A stretch of DNA of 64,000 nt, from positions 129,146,001 through 129,210,000 of the forward strand of contig NC_042997.1 of assembly GCF_006345805.1 (NCBI RefSeq), read 5' to 3'. This DNA comes from Octopus sinensis (lineage: Eukaryota). Shown in pieces: positions 40,550-54,429 of the stretch (positions within the stretch are counted from its first letter, which is position 1; the number at the start of each line of letters is the position of its first letter). The notes beneath the pieces are model-generated. The model was not told the DNA's origin. It ran no database searches and saw nothing but the letters and a program-made list of their open reading frames with translations. The position numbers and the translations under genes are program-made.

Positions 40550-40791
40550 TAAGGGCATTACTATACATAAAGGCATCACGCTAGGCGGGACTCTTAAAGT
40601 CAAAACTACTATAATAATGTTTATTATGTTAGTTTTGACTTTAAGAGTCCCTCCTAGCCTGAGGCATTTATGTATAGTAATGCCCTTAATATAAATAAAT
40701 ATATTTAAAAGGAATACTTAAATTTTTCCCTTATGAGGTTTTTCACGCTAACTACTTGATAAATTCTTATAAATATTTTATCCTATTTTTC

Positions 40792-40831
<40 letters not shown>

Positions 40832-43800
40832 TAGACTACTTGTGACATGTTGGGTCACCAATAGTTCAAGGTACCCAAAAAAACCATGTATCTCAGAAAT
40901 CCACGGTCCAATTTATGCAAAACTTTTGTTGTGTATTCACATTTCAGTGGTACATTACTTTCAAAGCATTTTTCCCATTATATGCTGGCTTGGCTATTTT
41001 CGAATGTGACATTGAAATCACACATAAACGGCACCTTTCCACAAAAAGGTAAGATCTGGCTGCTATTTCTTGCACGCCCTGCTACCATGTAACAGCTATT
41101 TTGGATCCTTTATTGCAAATAGCTGTTACATGGTACCAAGGCGTGCTAGAAATAGCAGCTAAACCTTTGGCGGTGAGATGGGTTGAATGCACTCAAAAAA
41201 ATCCTATGGAAAAAATTATTTCACACCGAAGTTATGAACGGGTCTTTTATGAAATATTTACCATATTTTCAGAGCCATTTTCAGTTTGATAAATTTTTCC
41301 TTACCTCAATGACACCAGTGACATATTAAAAGTCCCCTTATGGAGCTATATTCATAAAAAAGTATAGAACTATATTATCACCCTCAAATTTGAGAAACAA
41401 ACACTCATAACATTTTTCTTTTAAAACCTCATTACATGAGATTGATACCATGAAATTCCTAGAATTGAGCTCTATTAAAATATAGTTTGTTTTTAAAATG
41501 AAAAAGTTGATTATACTTAAATCCAGTTTTTTGCCTTACATATATTTTCTTATGATGTTTTACCTCACAACTTTTTTGATACAAATTTTTGTTGCATGGG
41601 ACCAAAATTATGAAATTCTTCATGCTTTCTTCTATCATTGAAACTAAGGGAAATATATTTTGGTTTTAAAATAAAAAAGTTATTTAGATCTAAACTTGAT
41701 TGGTGGTGTTACTTCCTCTCTTATAACATTGCTACAAATTTTGATGTAAACTTTTTTCTACCAGATCAAATTTCAATTTTTTATGCCAAAATGTAGCTAA
41801 GGACCATTCCTCTTCAAAACTGTTAAGAGATTTCAATTTAGTTAAGAACTGAATTAGTGACAATCTCTAAAAGATTCTGCATGTGGCCTTAAGAATATTA
41901 TTCAACTACTACCATAGTTGAATGATATATATATAAATATATATATGTAGGTGACTACTTCTCCACATTTCTCACAGAAAATTTATCATCATAGACATTA
42001 TGTTGTTGTTCACATATATCTCCTTTTTTTGGCTTCTATCATCAAGAATTTTAGTCATTTGATCAATATCTGTTTGTTGAATAGTTAAGTTTACCATCAT
42101 ATTGATTCACGGTCCTTGAAGAAGTTACATAAGGTTTTAAAATTTCTTTTTTAATAATAATTTCATGTGTCTAAAGAATTTGGCCAGCGTCCAAAAATGT
42201 ATAAATTTTTGGCAGTACACATGTAATAAAACTGGAACAATACATAGAAAATTGGTGTAGCCCCTCAGTAAAAACAGACAAATTTATACAAATGCTTGTG
42301 AGTGCAGAAAAGCTATTGATGTTCTACTAATTGTTGTTGAAAATTTGAGATAAAAAAACCATTTAAGATCGGTTAGAATCATATTGATGTCTTCTATATT
42401 TTAATAGTAAAGTAAGGAATTTATCTTTTATCTTCATCTTTTACTCATTTCAGTCATTAGACCGAAGCTCAGCTGGGATTCTACCTTGAAGGCTTTAGCT
42501 AAACAGATTGACCCCCAGTTCTTAATTTAAGTCATATTTATTTATATTTAATATTTAACAATACTATAGAAGAAATTTCAGGTGTGGAAGCAAGGTTTAG
42601 AATCGAAGGGTTTTAGAATCAATGTTGCAAAAACCAAAGTCCTAGTAAGTAGGAAGGTGAACACATCACAAACCCTTTCAGGTAGATGGCCCTGCTTGAT
42701 CTGTAGAAAAGGTGTAGGTAGAAACTCCATAAGATGTACCCAGTGTAAGCTATGGATGCATAAGAGGTGCAGTAACATCAAAGGAAGGCTAACTGGGAAG
42801 ATGGCTTTTGTGTATGGCAGATGCACAGGGGCAATAAACACTGCAGATGTTCAGAACTGATTCCATCACATTCCAGGGGGAGAAACTAGAAGTAGTTGAT
42901 AGCTTCCACTACCTTGGTGACCAAAGCTGTAGTGAGGGTGGATGCTCAGAAAGCATTGCCACTAGAATAAGAATAGCCTGGGCAAAGTTCAGAAAGCTCC
43001 TACCTCTGCTGGTGACTCGCTCAGAGTGAAAAGTAGATTGTATGATGCATGTGTTTGAACTGCCATGCTACGCAGCAGTGAAACATGGGCTGTGACAGCT
43101 GAAGACATGTGTAAGCTCGAAAGAAATGAAGCTAGTATGATCAGCTAGATGTGTAATGTCAGTATGCCCACACGACAGTGTAAGTGCCCTGAGAGAAATG
43201 TTGGAATTAAGAAGCATCAGATGTGGTGTGCAAGATTGACACCTGCACTGGTATGGTCATGTGCTACATATGGGTGAGGAGAGCTGTGTGAAGAAGTGTC
43301 ACTCCCTAACAGTGGAAGGAACCTATGGAAGAGGTAGACCCAGGAAGACATGGGATGAGGTGGTGAAGCATGACCTTTCAAATGTTGGGCCTCACAGAGG
43401 TAATGACGAAAGACTGAGACCTCTGGAGATATGCTATGATTGAGAAGACCCGCAAGTAAAGTGAGATCACAGCCATAGCCTACACCAGTATCACATAACC
43501 AGCCCACTTAAAAAAGTACCTTTGAATCATCAGGTGACCTGCCCTACTTGAGACCTATTGAGTCAAGTAAATCAAAACCAAAATCAAATCAAATCAAATA
43601 AAATCACAATCAAATGGCAATTGTAGTTGTGGCTGATACCAGTGCCACCTGACTGGATCCTGTGCTGGTGGCATGCAATAAGCACCATGCATGCATGTGT
43701 CATTGCCAGATCTGCTTGACTGGCTCCCTGTGCCAGTGGTACATAAAAAACACTATCCGAACATGGTCAGTGCCAGGCCCTGCCCCGACTGGCTCCTGTG

Positions 43801-46800
43801 TTGGTGGGACATAAAAAACACCATCTGAATGTAGCCAATACTAGTGCCGCTGACTGGCTCCCATGCTGGTGGCATATAAAAAGTACCCACTACACTCTTA
43901 GAGTAGTTGGCGTTAGGAAGGGCATCCAGCTGTAGAAACATTACCAACTGAGATTGGAGCCTAGTGTGACCTCCTGGCTTGCCAGTCCCCAGTCAAACCA
44001 TCCAACCTATGCCAGCATGGAAAACAAGCATTAAATGATGCTGATGATGATGATTTACATATTTATTTATATAATTTTTATATATTTATATTTATTCATA
44101 TATGCAGTGATACTGGTGCCAGGCTGTTTCAGCCTAAGCTGATGTCATTTCCCTTAGATAAATATTAGTAGTATTGAAAGGGAAGACTCACATGCATTGG
44201 CCACTGCTAGTCTTCCTCAAAAAAATCTTATCCAGCCATGTACATACATGTGCAGATGCATGACCAACATTGGCTGATGGAGGCTGCACTCAGATTTCCA
44301 ACTCTTTAAATTAAACAAATTACAGTTATCAAATTGAATAGCAATGGTAAATGGGCAGGCTTCATTTTTGCTAGAGATTTGCTATTCCATTTTTGTTAGA
44401 GATATGCTATTCTATTTCTCTAACTCATCATACAATAATTGAGCTTTTCCCCATTCAGTTGAATGAACTAGATTACTACTAAAATATTTCAGACACCGCA
44501 ATGTTAACCATCCTCATTAATTTAAATCAGGATTCTTAAACAAATAAGAAACATTTTATCATGTGCAGTTTTTATTTTAACCTTAGGCCACAAGCAAAAC
44601 TACAGCACAAATGATAAATTTAAGTTAACAGAATCACATTTTCAATGTTAGAACACAAAGATAAATTTACATTATACTAAGGTTGGGTATCAGGAGATAT
44701 CAGAAGATGATATTTAACTTGTACATTTTAGTTGTTTATGTAACAATTCTATATATTAGTGAATTCACATAATGTCATAGCATTTAAGCTTTGTGTTTTT
44801 AGATTTGGTTTAAAATAAGATCAGGATTTATAGTGAATAGGTCCACCCATTCAAATTTGCTGTATAATTTATCATGTCTAAGCTGTCTTCCATGGTTGAC
44901 CTTATAAATGTCTCAAATATGTTGGCTAGCAAAGAAAGAGAAAATACTAACTATTGGAACCCTTCTATTTATTTCAATTACCTCTCCTCTGTACAAGCTG
45001 ATCTACATACACTGGTCCTTCAAATACAGAGTTGGATCTTCAAAAATAATTATAATTTGATAAAATACCTTAAGATTTTCATTTTGAGTGACTGTGCTGA
45101 TATGGTCATGTGATGCACACAGATGAAGGCATCTGCATAAAGAAGTGCTGATCTCTAAATGTGGAGAGAACCTGTGGAAGAGGAAGACCCAGGAAGATAT
45201 GGGACAAAGTAATGATGAATGATCTAAAGAAGTTGAGCTTCATAGAGGAGATTTCAAGGGACCAAGACAATTAGTGATTTGCAGTCCTTGAGATGACCCA
45301 TTCTATTTAGTTGGATGGGTCTTTTCCTATTGAGGCTTCTTTGCTGACTTATATAAGTCTGAGTCAAGAGAAAGTGAGGTAAAAGAAGAATTGGTGTAGT
45401 ATCATGATATTTCACTGTTTTCATTGGGGATTGAAGAGAAAGCAGATTGAAAGGGAGTCTGTGAAGGAAAATTGAAAAGGGGACTAACAAATTGCCATGT
45501 TTAATAAAATTAAGATGTTTTTAAATTTTCTAATTTTTACAACACAATGGCAAAGAAAGAAAAATTATACAAATGCAAACTCTGTTTTATCTTTACATTA
45601 ATACATAGCGATGGTGGGCCAGGGACTGCTGAAAATTTCACTGATATTTTGGGACGGTGGAGGAGTAAGAAACCTGGTATTTGTTAGTTTGAGAATCAAT
45701 GTGTTAGTTTATATTTGTGTTTATAATAACAAGATAAAACTCAACCAATCAATTAGTGGTGTTACTAGTAAGTTTTACTTGATAATTATATATGAATATT
45801 CCTGCAGAATGACACATTGAAACTTCAACCTTACTAAATAACGAAACTCTATTGAATGCCTGGTGTGTGTGTGTGTGTCTGTCTGTGTTATGACTTAGTG
45901 GCATAAGGTGAGCAATTAGAGAATACAACATTAAATTCTATGAAGGAACAATCACCATGCAATAGCATTTTATGTTCACATTTCTTCTTTTTCCTTTTTT
46001 TCTTTTTAATGTCTAAACCACAGATTTGCTGTTAAAGTAAGAAAATAAAAATAAGAGGAGACATTTATCATAAACAGGTTGAATCTGTTTTAACTACTTC
46101 CTTAAACTTCATATCATAAACAGAACAGCACGAAATTCTCATTAAGCTATCTAGACAAGATTACATTATTGAATTAAATGTCTAAAAATGATCTTTCATA
46201 TGTCAGTACTAGTTTGTTTGTCAGTCTGTCTGTTAGTCTGTTAATCTGCCTTATTCAGAATTTAGCATATTGAATCTGAAGGAAACATTTTAATTTTTAT
46301 TCATTAATTTATTGAAACTTGATAAAATTGTTGCTGATTTTAGTAAAATTTCAGTGAAGATTTAAAAAATAGGTAACAGAATGAGAGAAAGATATGTTTT
46401 CTTGATGTTAGAAGTTGTACAGCTTCAAGTTTTGGTAATATGGATTGAATATTGTGAGAAATCAATGTGGCTTAAAACTAAAGGAAATAACATTTTAATG
46501 TTAATGTTCACTTTTCTATCTTGATTCATTCTGTAAACTGTACATGTACTTCTAGCTTATGTGGCTTCTTTCTTTACTTGACTTATACATCTGCTATCTG
46601 TCACTTCTTTTAACCTTTTCTGATGAGTTGTAGTGTGCTTGAGCACTATATAAAATAACCTCATCATTATTTCTTTTCACATGTATTTATATTAGAAGAG
46701 AATGAGAAACTCCTAAATACCCATATTTACCTTTGTGTATATCATATTTCTGTTTACCTTTGTGTATATCATATTTCCAATAAAGAACTTTCTTTGTCAG

Positions 46801-49278
46801 GAACTGCTTGTTTACATCTTTCCTCCCTGCTTTCTATCTCTCGTCTCTGTAATAGACATCATATCTGTCACTCATTTTAGTACTTTTAATCTTTTTATCT
46901 GTCTGTCTCTCCTCTATCTCTCTCGCTCTCTCTCTCTTTCTCCTCCCCCTCCAGTGCACCAATTTCACTTTAAACTTCATATCAATTAAACACCTGCATC
47001 AAATCCTCCTCCACATTTCAAAGAAAGATATGCTGTTCACACTCTAGTTTTAAGGTAAGCTCCAGTACTGAGAATGAAGAGAGAAAGTTGATAATAGTGT
47101 TGAGATTGAGTAAGGAATAATGTGGAGATGGAGAGATGGTAATGAAGGGATGGAGTGAAGGATAATATAGGGAAAGAAAGAGAGACCACAGACATAGACA
47201 GAGAGTGGCTCTAGGGATGGAGTGAGAATTAATATAGAGATGGGAGTGGAGACACAATGGAGATGGAGTGAGAACTGTGTAGATAAATAGATAGATATGC
47301 TTCTTTATTAACCACACAGAGGGGACAAATTACAAAGTAGAGCTTTTCTTTTTGGGGAGGAAAAAAAAAGAAGTGGGGTAGGTTTTCGATCAAAAGGGAT
47401 CATAAAAAAGAAAAAAAAAACAATAGATAGATAGAGAGAGAGATGGATAGGCAGACAGACAGATGAATGGATGGATTGATGGCTGGATGGACTGTAGGGA
47501 TAAACTGAGAATCGACATGGAGTCAGGAGTGAGGAACACTGTAGAGATAAAGAGAGGGACAGTATGGAGGTAGAAGGAAGGAAAGTGAAGAAATTGTGTG
47601 GAGAATGAAGAAGAGATGGAATAGGGAACAGTGCTGAGTGGCATGAAACAACACAGTAGAGATGAAATTGAGGATCAATGTGGAAATGGAATGAAAGACA
47701 TTTTAAGGATGCAATTGTGGAACAGTGTCCCTCATTCTATCTCTACATTGCTTTTCCATCTCTGCAATATGCCTCTCCATTACATCTCTACACTATCCAC
47801 ACACTAGACCTGTACATTGCTGGTCATTTAATTGGAACAATGGACAATTTAGATATGTAGGAGCACTCTGTCGATTACGACGACGAGGGTCCCAGCTGAT
47901 ACGATCAACGGAACAGCTTGCTCATGAAATTAACGTGCAAGTGACTGAGCAATCCACAGACATGTGTACCCTTAATGTAGTTCGCAAGGAGATTCAGTGT
48001 GACAAGGCTGGCCCTTTTGAAATACAGGTACAACTTATTTTTGCCAGCTGAGTGGACTGGAGTAACGTGAAATAAAATGTCTTGCTCAAGGACACAACAC
48101 GTTGCCGGGAATCGAACTCACAACCTTACGATCATGAGCCGAATGCCCTAACCACTAAGCCACGCACCCACAATTTAGACATGTAGAGACAGTATAGAGA
48201 CCAAATGAAGGACAGTATTGTTAAAATCAGAGCTGACTTGAAACTAAAGAACTACACAAGTTACTTATGGACCCATTCTTTCCTATTCGTGATATCCCTT
48301 GCCTGACAGCAATGGACTTGTCCAATTATAAAGTTACACTGATATATTGACTGTTCAACTATGAAATTATGTATGTCAGTATAGAATAAGTAGAACTGCT
48401 GTGCTTTGAACACTAAACAGTTTGACAGACAGAGAAGTCTAAAAGAAAAACTACTCATTAAATTTGTTCTGTGTGCTGATGTATTGTTGTATGTTATAAC
48501 TACAGCTTTCAACAGAACACTGTACCAATGCACAGAATGCAAAGTGAGAGGAGTGAAGGCACTCCTCTTAACTCTGCAACAGAAAATTCTAGAAACATGA
48601 ATACAACAATGATATTTAGCTGAAGACTTGTCATAACAAAACTATGTATTTGTGAATAAAATATCGACTTAGTACAAACTAAAATATGCAAGTAATATTC
48701 AATACAATAAAAGAAATCAAATGTCTATTGAAGTTGTAACAACTCACTTGGTTGTGAGAGTGTTGTCATGTTCTTTGTATAACACTAATACTTACTTGAG
48801 AAGTTAACTCCTGTACATTATTCAACAATAGTATTTATTTCTTAAACTGCCATAAAAGAAATGTAATATGTGATGTTGATGCCTTTCCAAAGGATATATT
48901 AGTGTCGTAAGTTTTGAAAAATTGGTAAACAAACAGTATTAGGGACGCACTATACTAAGGCATTCATTCAACAGTTGATATAATGGTGCCATATAAAAAG
49001 CACCCATGCCAGCGCCTCATAAGAAGCACCATGAACAGAGAATCCATACCAGCACCATATAAAAAGCATCCTTGGTGACACTATGTAAAAAGCACCCAAT
49101 ACACTCTGTGAAGTGGTTGGCATTAAGAAGGGTACCCAGTAGTAGAAACCATGCCAAAACTGATGACTGGAGCCTGGTATGGCTCTCCAGCTTGGCAGCT
49201 CCTGTCAGACCATCTAACACATACCAGGATGGAAAATAGACATTAAATGAGGATGATGATGATGGATGGTGATGATGA

Positions 49279-49353
<75 letters not shown>

Positions 49354-51532
49354 ATTATACATAAGTCAGTTCAGATTAAGTAGTTAGAGTATTATACTGT
49401 CTGTTTATGTCTCAAGTGCTTAAGGATGTCAAATATAATCTTAAGAATGTTAGCTGCAAAAGTGTGATGAAACTATCTCACTGCACCTCAAGTGATAAAC
49501 TGCAGATATATTCGATTTTCTATGGCCAGATTTCCTTTCTGTCACCAACCTTTGCCTGCTTCCACAGAAAAGGGGCATGACTGAGTGATTAAGAAGTTTG
49601 CTTCCCAACCATGTGGTTTTGGGTTCAGTCCTACAGTGCAACACCTGGGGCATGTGTCTTCTACTATAACCTCAGGCTAATCAAAACCTTGTGAGTGGAT
49701 TGGTAGACAGAAACCAAAAGAAGCCCATCATATGTATGTATGTATGTATATATATATATATATTTATATGAAAAAAAGGTACTCAGAAATCTGGATGGTT
49801 GTACATTTACAGATTTTTATTAATATGTCACATGTTTTTATAAATCATATATTAATGCTTGCATCTACTTTAGTAGATTCTTCAGATTGCATCTACTCTA
49901 ATAGATGCAATCACTAATATATGATTTATAAAAACATGTAACATATTAATAAAAATCTGTAAATGTACAACCATCCAGATTTCTGAGAACCTAATTTTTT
50001 CTAATATATAATACCTGTACATCACCTCCAACCTTCTAATATGTGTGTGTGTATGTATATATATATATATTTCTACTTTTATTCTATTTTGCTTTATTTG
50101 TTTCAGTCATTGGACAGTGGTTATGCTGGGACATTGCCTTGAAAGGTTTTAGCTGAACAAATTGATTCCTGTACTTTTATGTAAATATATATATATCATC
50201 ATCATCATTGTTTAACGTCCGTTTTCCATGCTAGCATTGGTTGGACGGTTCAACTGGGCTCTGGGAAGCCAGAAGGCTGCGCCAGGCCCAGTCTGATCTG
50301 GCAGTGTTTCTACAGCTGGATGCCCTTCCTAACGCCAACCACTCCGTGAGTGTAGCGGGTGCTTTTTACGTGCTACCTGCACAGGTGCCAGATGAGGCTG
50401 GCAAACGGCCATGATCGGATGGTGCTTTTTACGTGTCACTGGCACAGAGACCAGTCAGGGCAGCGCTGGCAACTGCCACATAGGGATGGTTCTCTTATGT
50501 GCCACCAGCACTGGTATCACAGCTACAATTTCCATAGATGTTGATCAATTTCGATTTTGATTTTGATTTTCACTTGCCTCAACAGGTCTTCACAAGTAGG
50601 GTTTGTGTCACAAGAAGGAAAGGTATGCATAAGTGGGCTGGCTACATCCCAGGTAGAGGCCACGGGTTATGGTCTCACTTGTCCTGCCGGGTCTTCCCAC
50701 GCACAGCATACTTCCAAAGGGTCCAGTCTCTGGTCATTTCCTCGGTGAGACCTAAAGTTTGAAGGTCGTGCTTCACCACCTCGTCCCTAGTTTTCCTGGG
50801 TCTACCTCTTCTACAGGTTCCCTCAACCGCTAGTGTGTGGCACTTTTTCACACAACTATCTTCATCCATGGAAGTTGGTCTCTGAGCATTTTCAGTGTTT
50901 ATTGCTCCTGAGCATCTGCCACATACAAAAACTATCTTCCCAGTTAGCCTTCCTTTGACATTGCTGCACCTCTTGTGTGTCCATAGCTTACACTTGGTGC
51001 ATCTTATAGAGTTTCTACCTACGCCTTTTCTACAGATCGAGCAGGGCCATCTACCTGAAGGCATTTGTGATTTGCCTGCCTTCCTACATATTAGGACTTT
51101 GGTTTTAGCTAGGTTGATTTTAAGGCCCTTCGATTCTAATCCTCCTCTCCACACTTGAAACTTTGCCTCTAGTTCTGATAGTGACTCAGCAATTAAAGCA
51201 AGGTCATCAGCATAGAGGAGCTCCCAGGGGCATCCTGTCTTGAATTCCTCCGTTATTGCCTGGAGGACTATGATAAATAGGAGGGGTCTAAGGACTGAAC
51301 CTTGGTGGACCCCTACCTCTACCCTGAATTCTTTAGTGTACTCGTTGCTAACCCTCACCTTACTTACAGCATCTCTGTACATGACTTGCACAGCTCTCAC
51401 TAACCATTCATCTATCCCTAGTTTCCTCATTGACCACCAGATAAGGGATTGGGGGACCCTGTCAAAGGCTTTCTCCATGTCAACAAAAGCCAGGTACAGG
51501 ATATTAATGTTTGCTTTTGTGTTATAATAAAA
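27365..51532 (+). repeat. Copy 2 of the ~24-kb duplicated block
   Basis: Colinear with 1..23732 and runs on into unique sequence after ttataataaaaa at ~51532. It has an extra ~430-bp unit at ~38765-39210. Confidence 0.98.
27634..31114 (+). mobile_element. Duplicate of the near full-length RTE LINE
   Basis: Apparently identical to 270..3750; identical ORF translations at offset 27364. Confidence 0.95.
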
Positions 51533-51864
51533 ATAATTTTACATTAAACTGGAGAGTACAAACTTTTAGTAGAGTACAAATTTATTGTTCTTTACTAGGA
51601 ATAGCACTAACAGTGGCCTCAAAGCTTCAGCCAGCAACCATAAGTCAGATAAGACAGTCCCATAATGGCCCAGCTAGTCAAAATTCCATGATATTTGTCT
51701 CCATTTTGGATGGAGATGAACACCATTCCTCAATGTGAGCAGCTTGAAAAATTATTAAGATTTTAAGATATTTTTCTTAACATGAAAGCAATGGTAGCTT
51801 TAATACACAAATAAAGAAATTTAATCCATGCAGTGATGAGCACTCATTCTCATTGTTCAGTGAT

Positions 51865-53716
51865 CTTATGATCTGCTATATTAACTTCAGGAAACCTGCC
51901 AGTCTCTTGCTCACCTATCAGTCTGGTAGGCACACTGACAGATTGACTACATTCTTACCAGAAAATGAGAAAGAGGGCTACTTATAAATGCCAAAACTTG
52001 CCCAGGTGAAGAAAGCACCCTCCAACATAGGGCTAAATGGCTGCCTAGAAGATAACCAGTGTGGAAAAGAAAGGTCTGGATGGATCCTCTGAATGGACAG
52101 AGATTTAGAGACATGTTGAAGCATTTGACAAAAATGAGGAGGATATAGTGACATATAACACGGAGAACAACTGAAGGTTCCAACATGACAACCTGCTGAG
52201 GGTTACAGACCAAATTTGTGACTAGTGCTTCTTTACCTAAGGTGACATGTTGGTGGAACAGTGTAACGACAGAGTCATTAAAGAAAATAAACAGACGTGG
52301 AAGAACTGGAAGTATGGGGGTAGCAGGGGACTGTATCCGATAGCCAGAAGAGAAGCTAGGATACAGATATATTTAGCTAGGGGAGAAGCAGAAAAAAAGT
52401 TTTCCAATGTTCTGCGACATGAGGACCAGAGACTTGAAGTGTTTCAGGTTGCAAAACAGTGTGTGAGAGAAAGTCATAGAAGAGAAATGTGTCCACATGG
52501 ATGATGGTTCACTTGTATTTAATTATTCTGGAAACTATCAATTACCTCTAGCTTACCTTCCTGGAAGTTGATGGAGTCTATTTTCTGTACATCTTTAATG
52601 TTTATTATTCCTGTGCACCTTGTACACACAAAAACTATTTTCCCTGATAACCTTCCACTTCTATTACTGCACTTCTTATGTGTCCATAGTTTATACAGAG
52701 TACATCTTATGGAGTTTACCTATGCCTTTTCTACAGATCGAGCAGGGCCATCTACCTGAAAGGATCTGTGATTTGTCTGCTTGGTCATCTAGTCAGTAGT
52801 GGAGGTGGATGCTCCGAGAGTAGCTGCTAGAATAAGAACAGGCTTGGCAAAGTTCAGAGAGCTCCTACTTCTGTTGGTAACAAAGGGCCTCTCCTTCAGA
52901 GTAAAAGGCAGATTGTATAGTATCTGTGTACAAACAGCCATGCTACATGGCAGTGAAACATGGGCTGTGACCACTAAGGACATGCAAGGTCTTGAAAGAA
53001 ATGAAGCTAGCATGCTTCGCAGGATGTACAATGTGCATGTACAACAGAGTGTAAGTGCCTTGAGAAAAAAGTTGAGCATAACAGGCATAAGATGTAGTGT
53101 GGAAGAGAGACAACTGCATTGGTATGGCCATGTGATGCATATGGACGAGGAAAGATGCGTAAAGTGGTGCCGATCTCTAACTGTTGAGGGAACCTGTGTA
53201 ACAGGTAGACCCAGGAAGATATGGAACAAGGTGGTGAAGCATGATCTTCAAACGTTGGGTCTCATGGAGGCAATGACAAGTTACCAAGACCTTTGGCAAT
53301 ATGCTATACTTGAGAAGACCTATCAAGCCAAGTGAGATCGTAGTCATGGACGATGCCAGTGTCATGTAACTGGCACCATGCTGGTTGCACATAAAAAGCA
53401 CCCTTCAAACATTGGGCCTCACAGAGGCAATGATAAGCAACCAAGACCATTGGCAATATGCCATGCTTCAGAAAACCCATGAAGCCAAGTTAAATTGTAG
53501 TTGTGGCTGATGCCGGTGTCACATGACTGGCATGTAAATAACACCCATTACACTCTTGGATGGTTTGGTGTTAGGAAGGGCATCCGGCTGTAGAAACTCT
53601 GCCGAATCAGACTGGAACCTGATGCGGCCCTCCAGCTTACCAGTTTCAGTCAAACTGTCTAATCCAAGCCAGCGTGGAAGGTAGACACTAAATGATGATA
53701 ATGATGATGATGATGA
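51865..53716 (+). mobile_element. Rearranged RTE LINE: + endonuclease/linker piece, inverted (-) PHD piece ~52525..52797, + C-terminus and 3' UTR
   Basis: 51865-52520 is homologous to ~860-1560. 52525-52797 reads GRWPCSICRKG...KLEVIDSF on the minus strand. The + ORF at 52799 continues VAARIRTGLAKFRELL. Confidence 0.85.
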
Positions 53717-53947
53717 TTTTTTTATGTATCCATACATACAAATGTGTACCTGTGTGCATATATATGTACATGTATCTTTGCAGCAGTAAAGCTTTTTGCC
53801 TTGATAGAGGATCCACCACCACATGTAAGTTCATCTCAACCCACGCCTGTGTGTGATGTAGTTTGATGATTCAAAAAGATAAAATTTGATCTGGTTTGGT
53901 AAGGTCAACTGAAATCAATCCTGGTCATATAGCTAGGTTACTTCGGG

Positions 53948-54324
53948 TCAGGATGACTGCAGTCTATGTTTCTTTTCTGTACTCTCATACCTGTTTGAAT
54001 TCATTGATTACCACAATCATAAGTTAGCACACATTTCTTTTAAGTCTCTCACAGCTTTCCATTTGAATTCTTTGGCAGCCAATGAGACATCAGCATAACA
54101 AGAAACTGTATCATTCCACCATCTTGTAGGGTACTTCATTGACATTCCACCATCTTGTAGGGCACCTCTTTGCCACTGGTCTCCTGGAATGCTTTCATCA
54201 TTTGTAATACATAATATCCATAGCTTGTACTAAGACTTTAAGTCTGCAATTTTCTTTCAGCTTCTCTACAGCTGACATATAACCACTGGCTAAGCCAACA
54301 ATAGTCTCAGACACCTGTACCATC
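53948..54324 (-). pseudogene. GALE: Decayed, intronless UDP-glucose 4-epimerase (GALE) C-terminal fragment, probably a processed retrocopy
   Basis: Manual translation across frameshifts: DGTGV*DY..IVGLASGYMSAVEKLKENCRLKV..TSYGYYVLQMMKAFQETSGKEVPYKMVE...DTVSCYADVSLAAKEFKWKAVRDLKEMCANL*LW*SMNSN. It is colinear with the GALE C-terminus DGTGVRDYIHVVDLAKGH...YSVLQMV.A.EKASGK.IPY...GDVA.CYA.PSLA..ELGW...L..MC.DLWRWQ..NP. Confidence 0.9.
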
Positions 54325-54429
54325 ATTTAATTTATGACTTATATGTAATTTCTGATATATAAGTTATTATTTATATACATTTATATAATTTCTATATGCT
54401 CAGTGATTTGTGTATATACATTCTAAATA

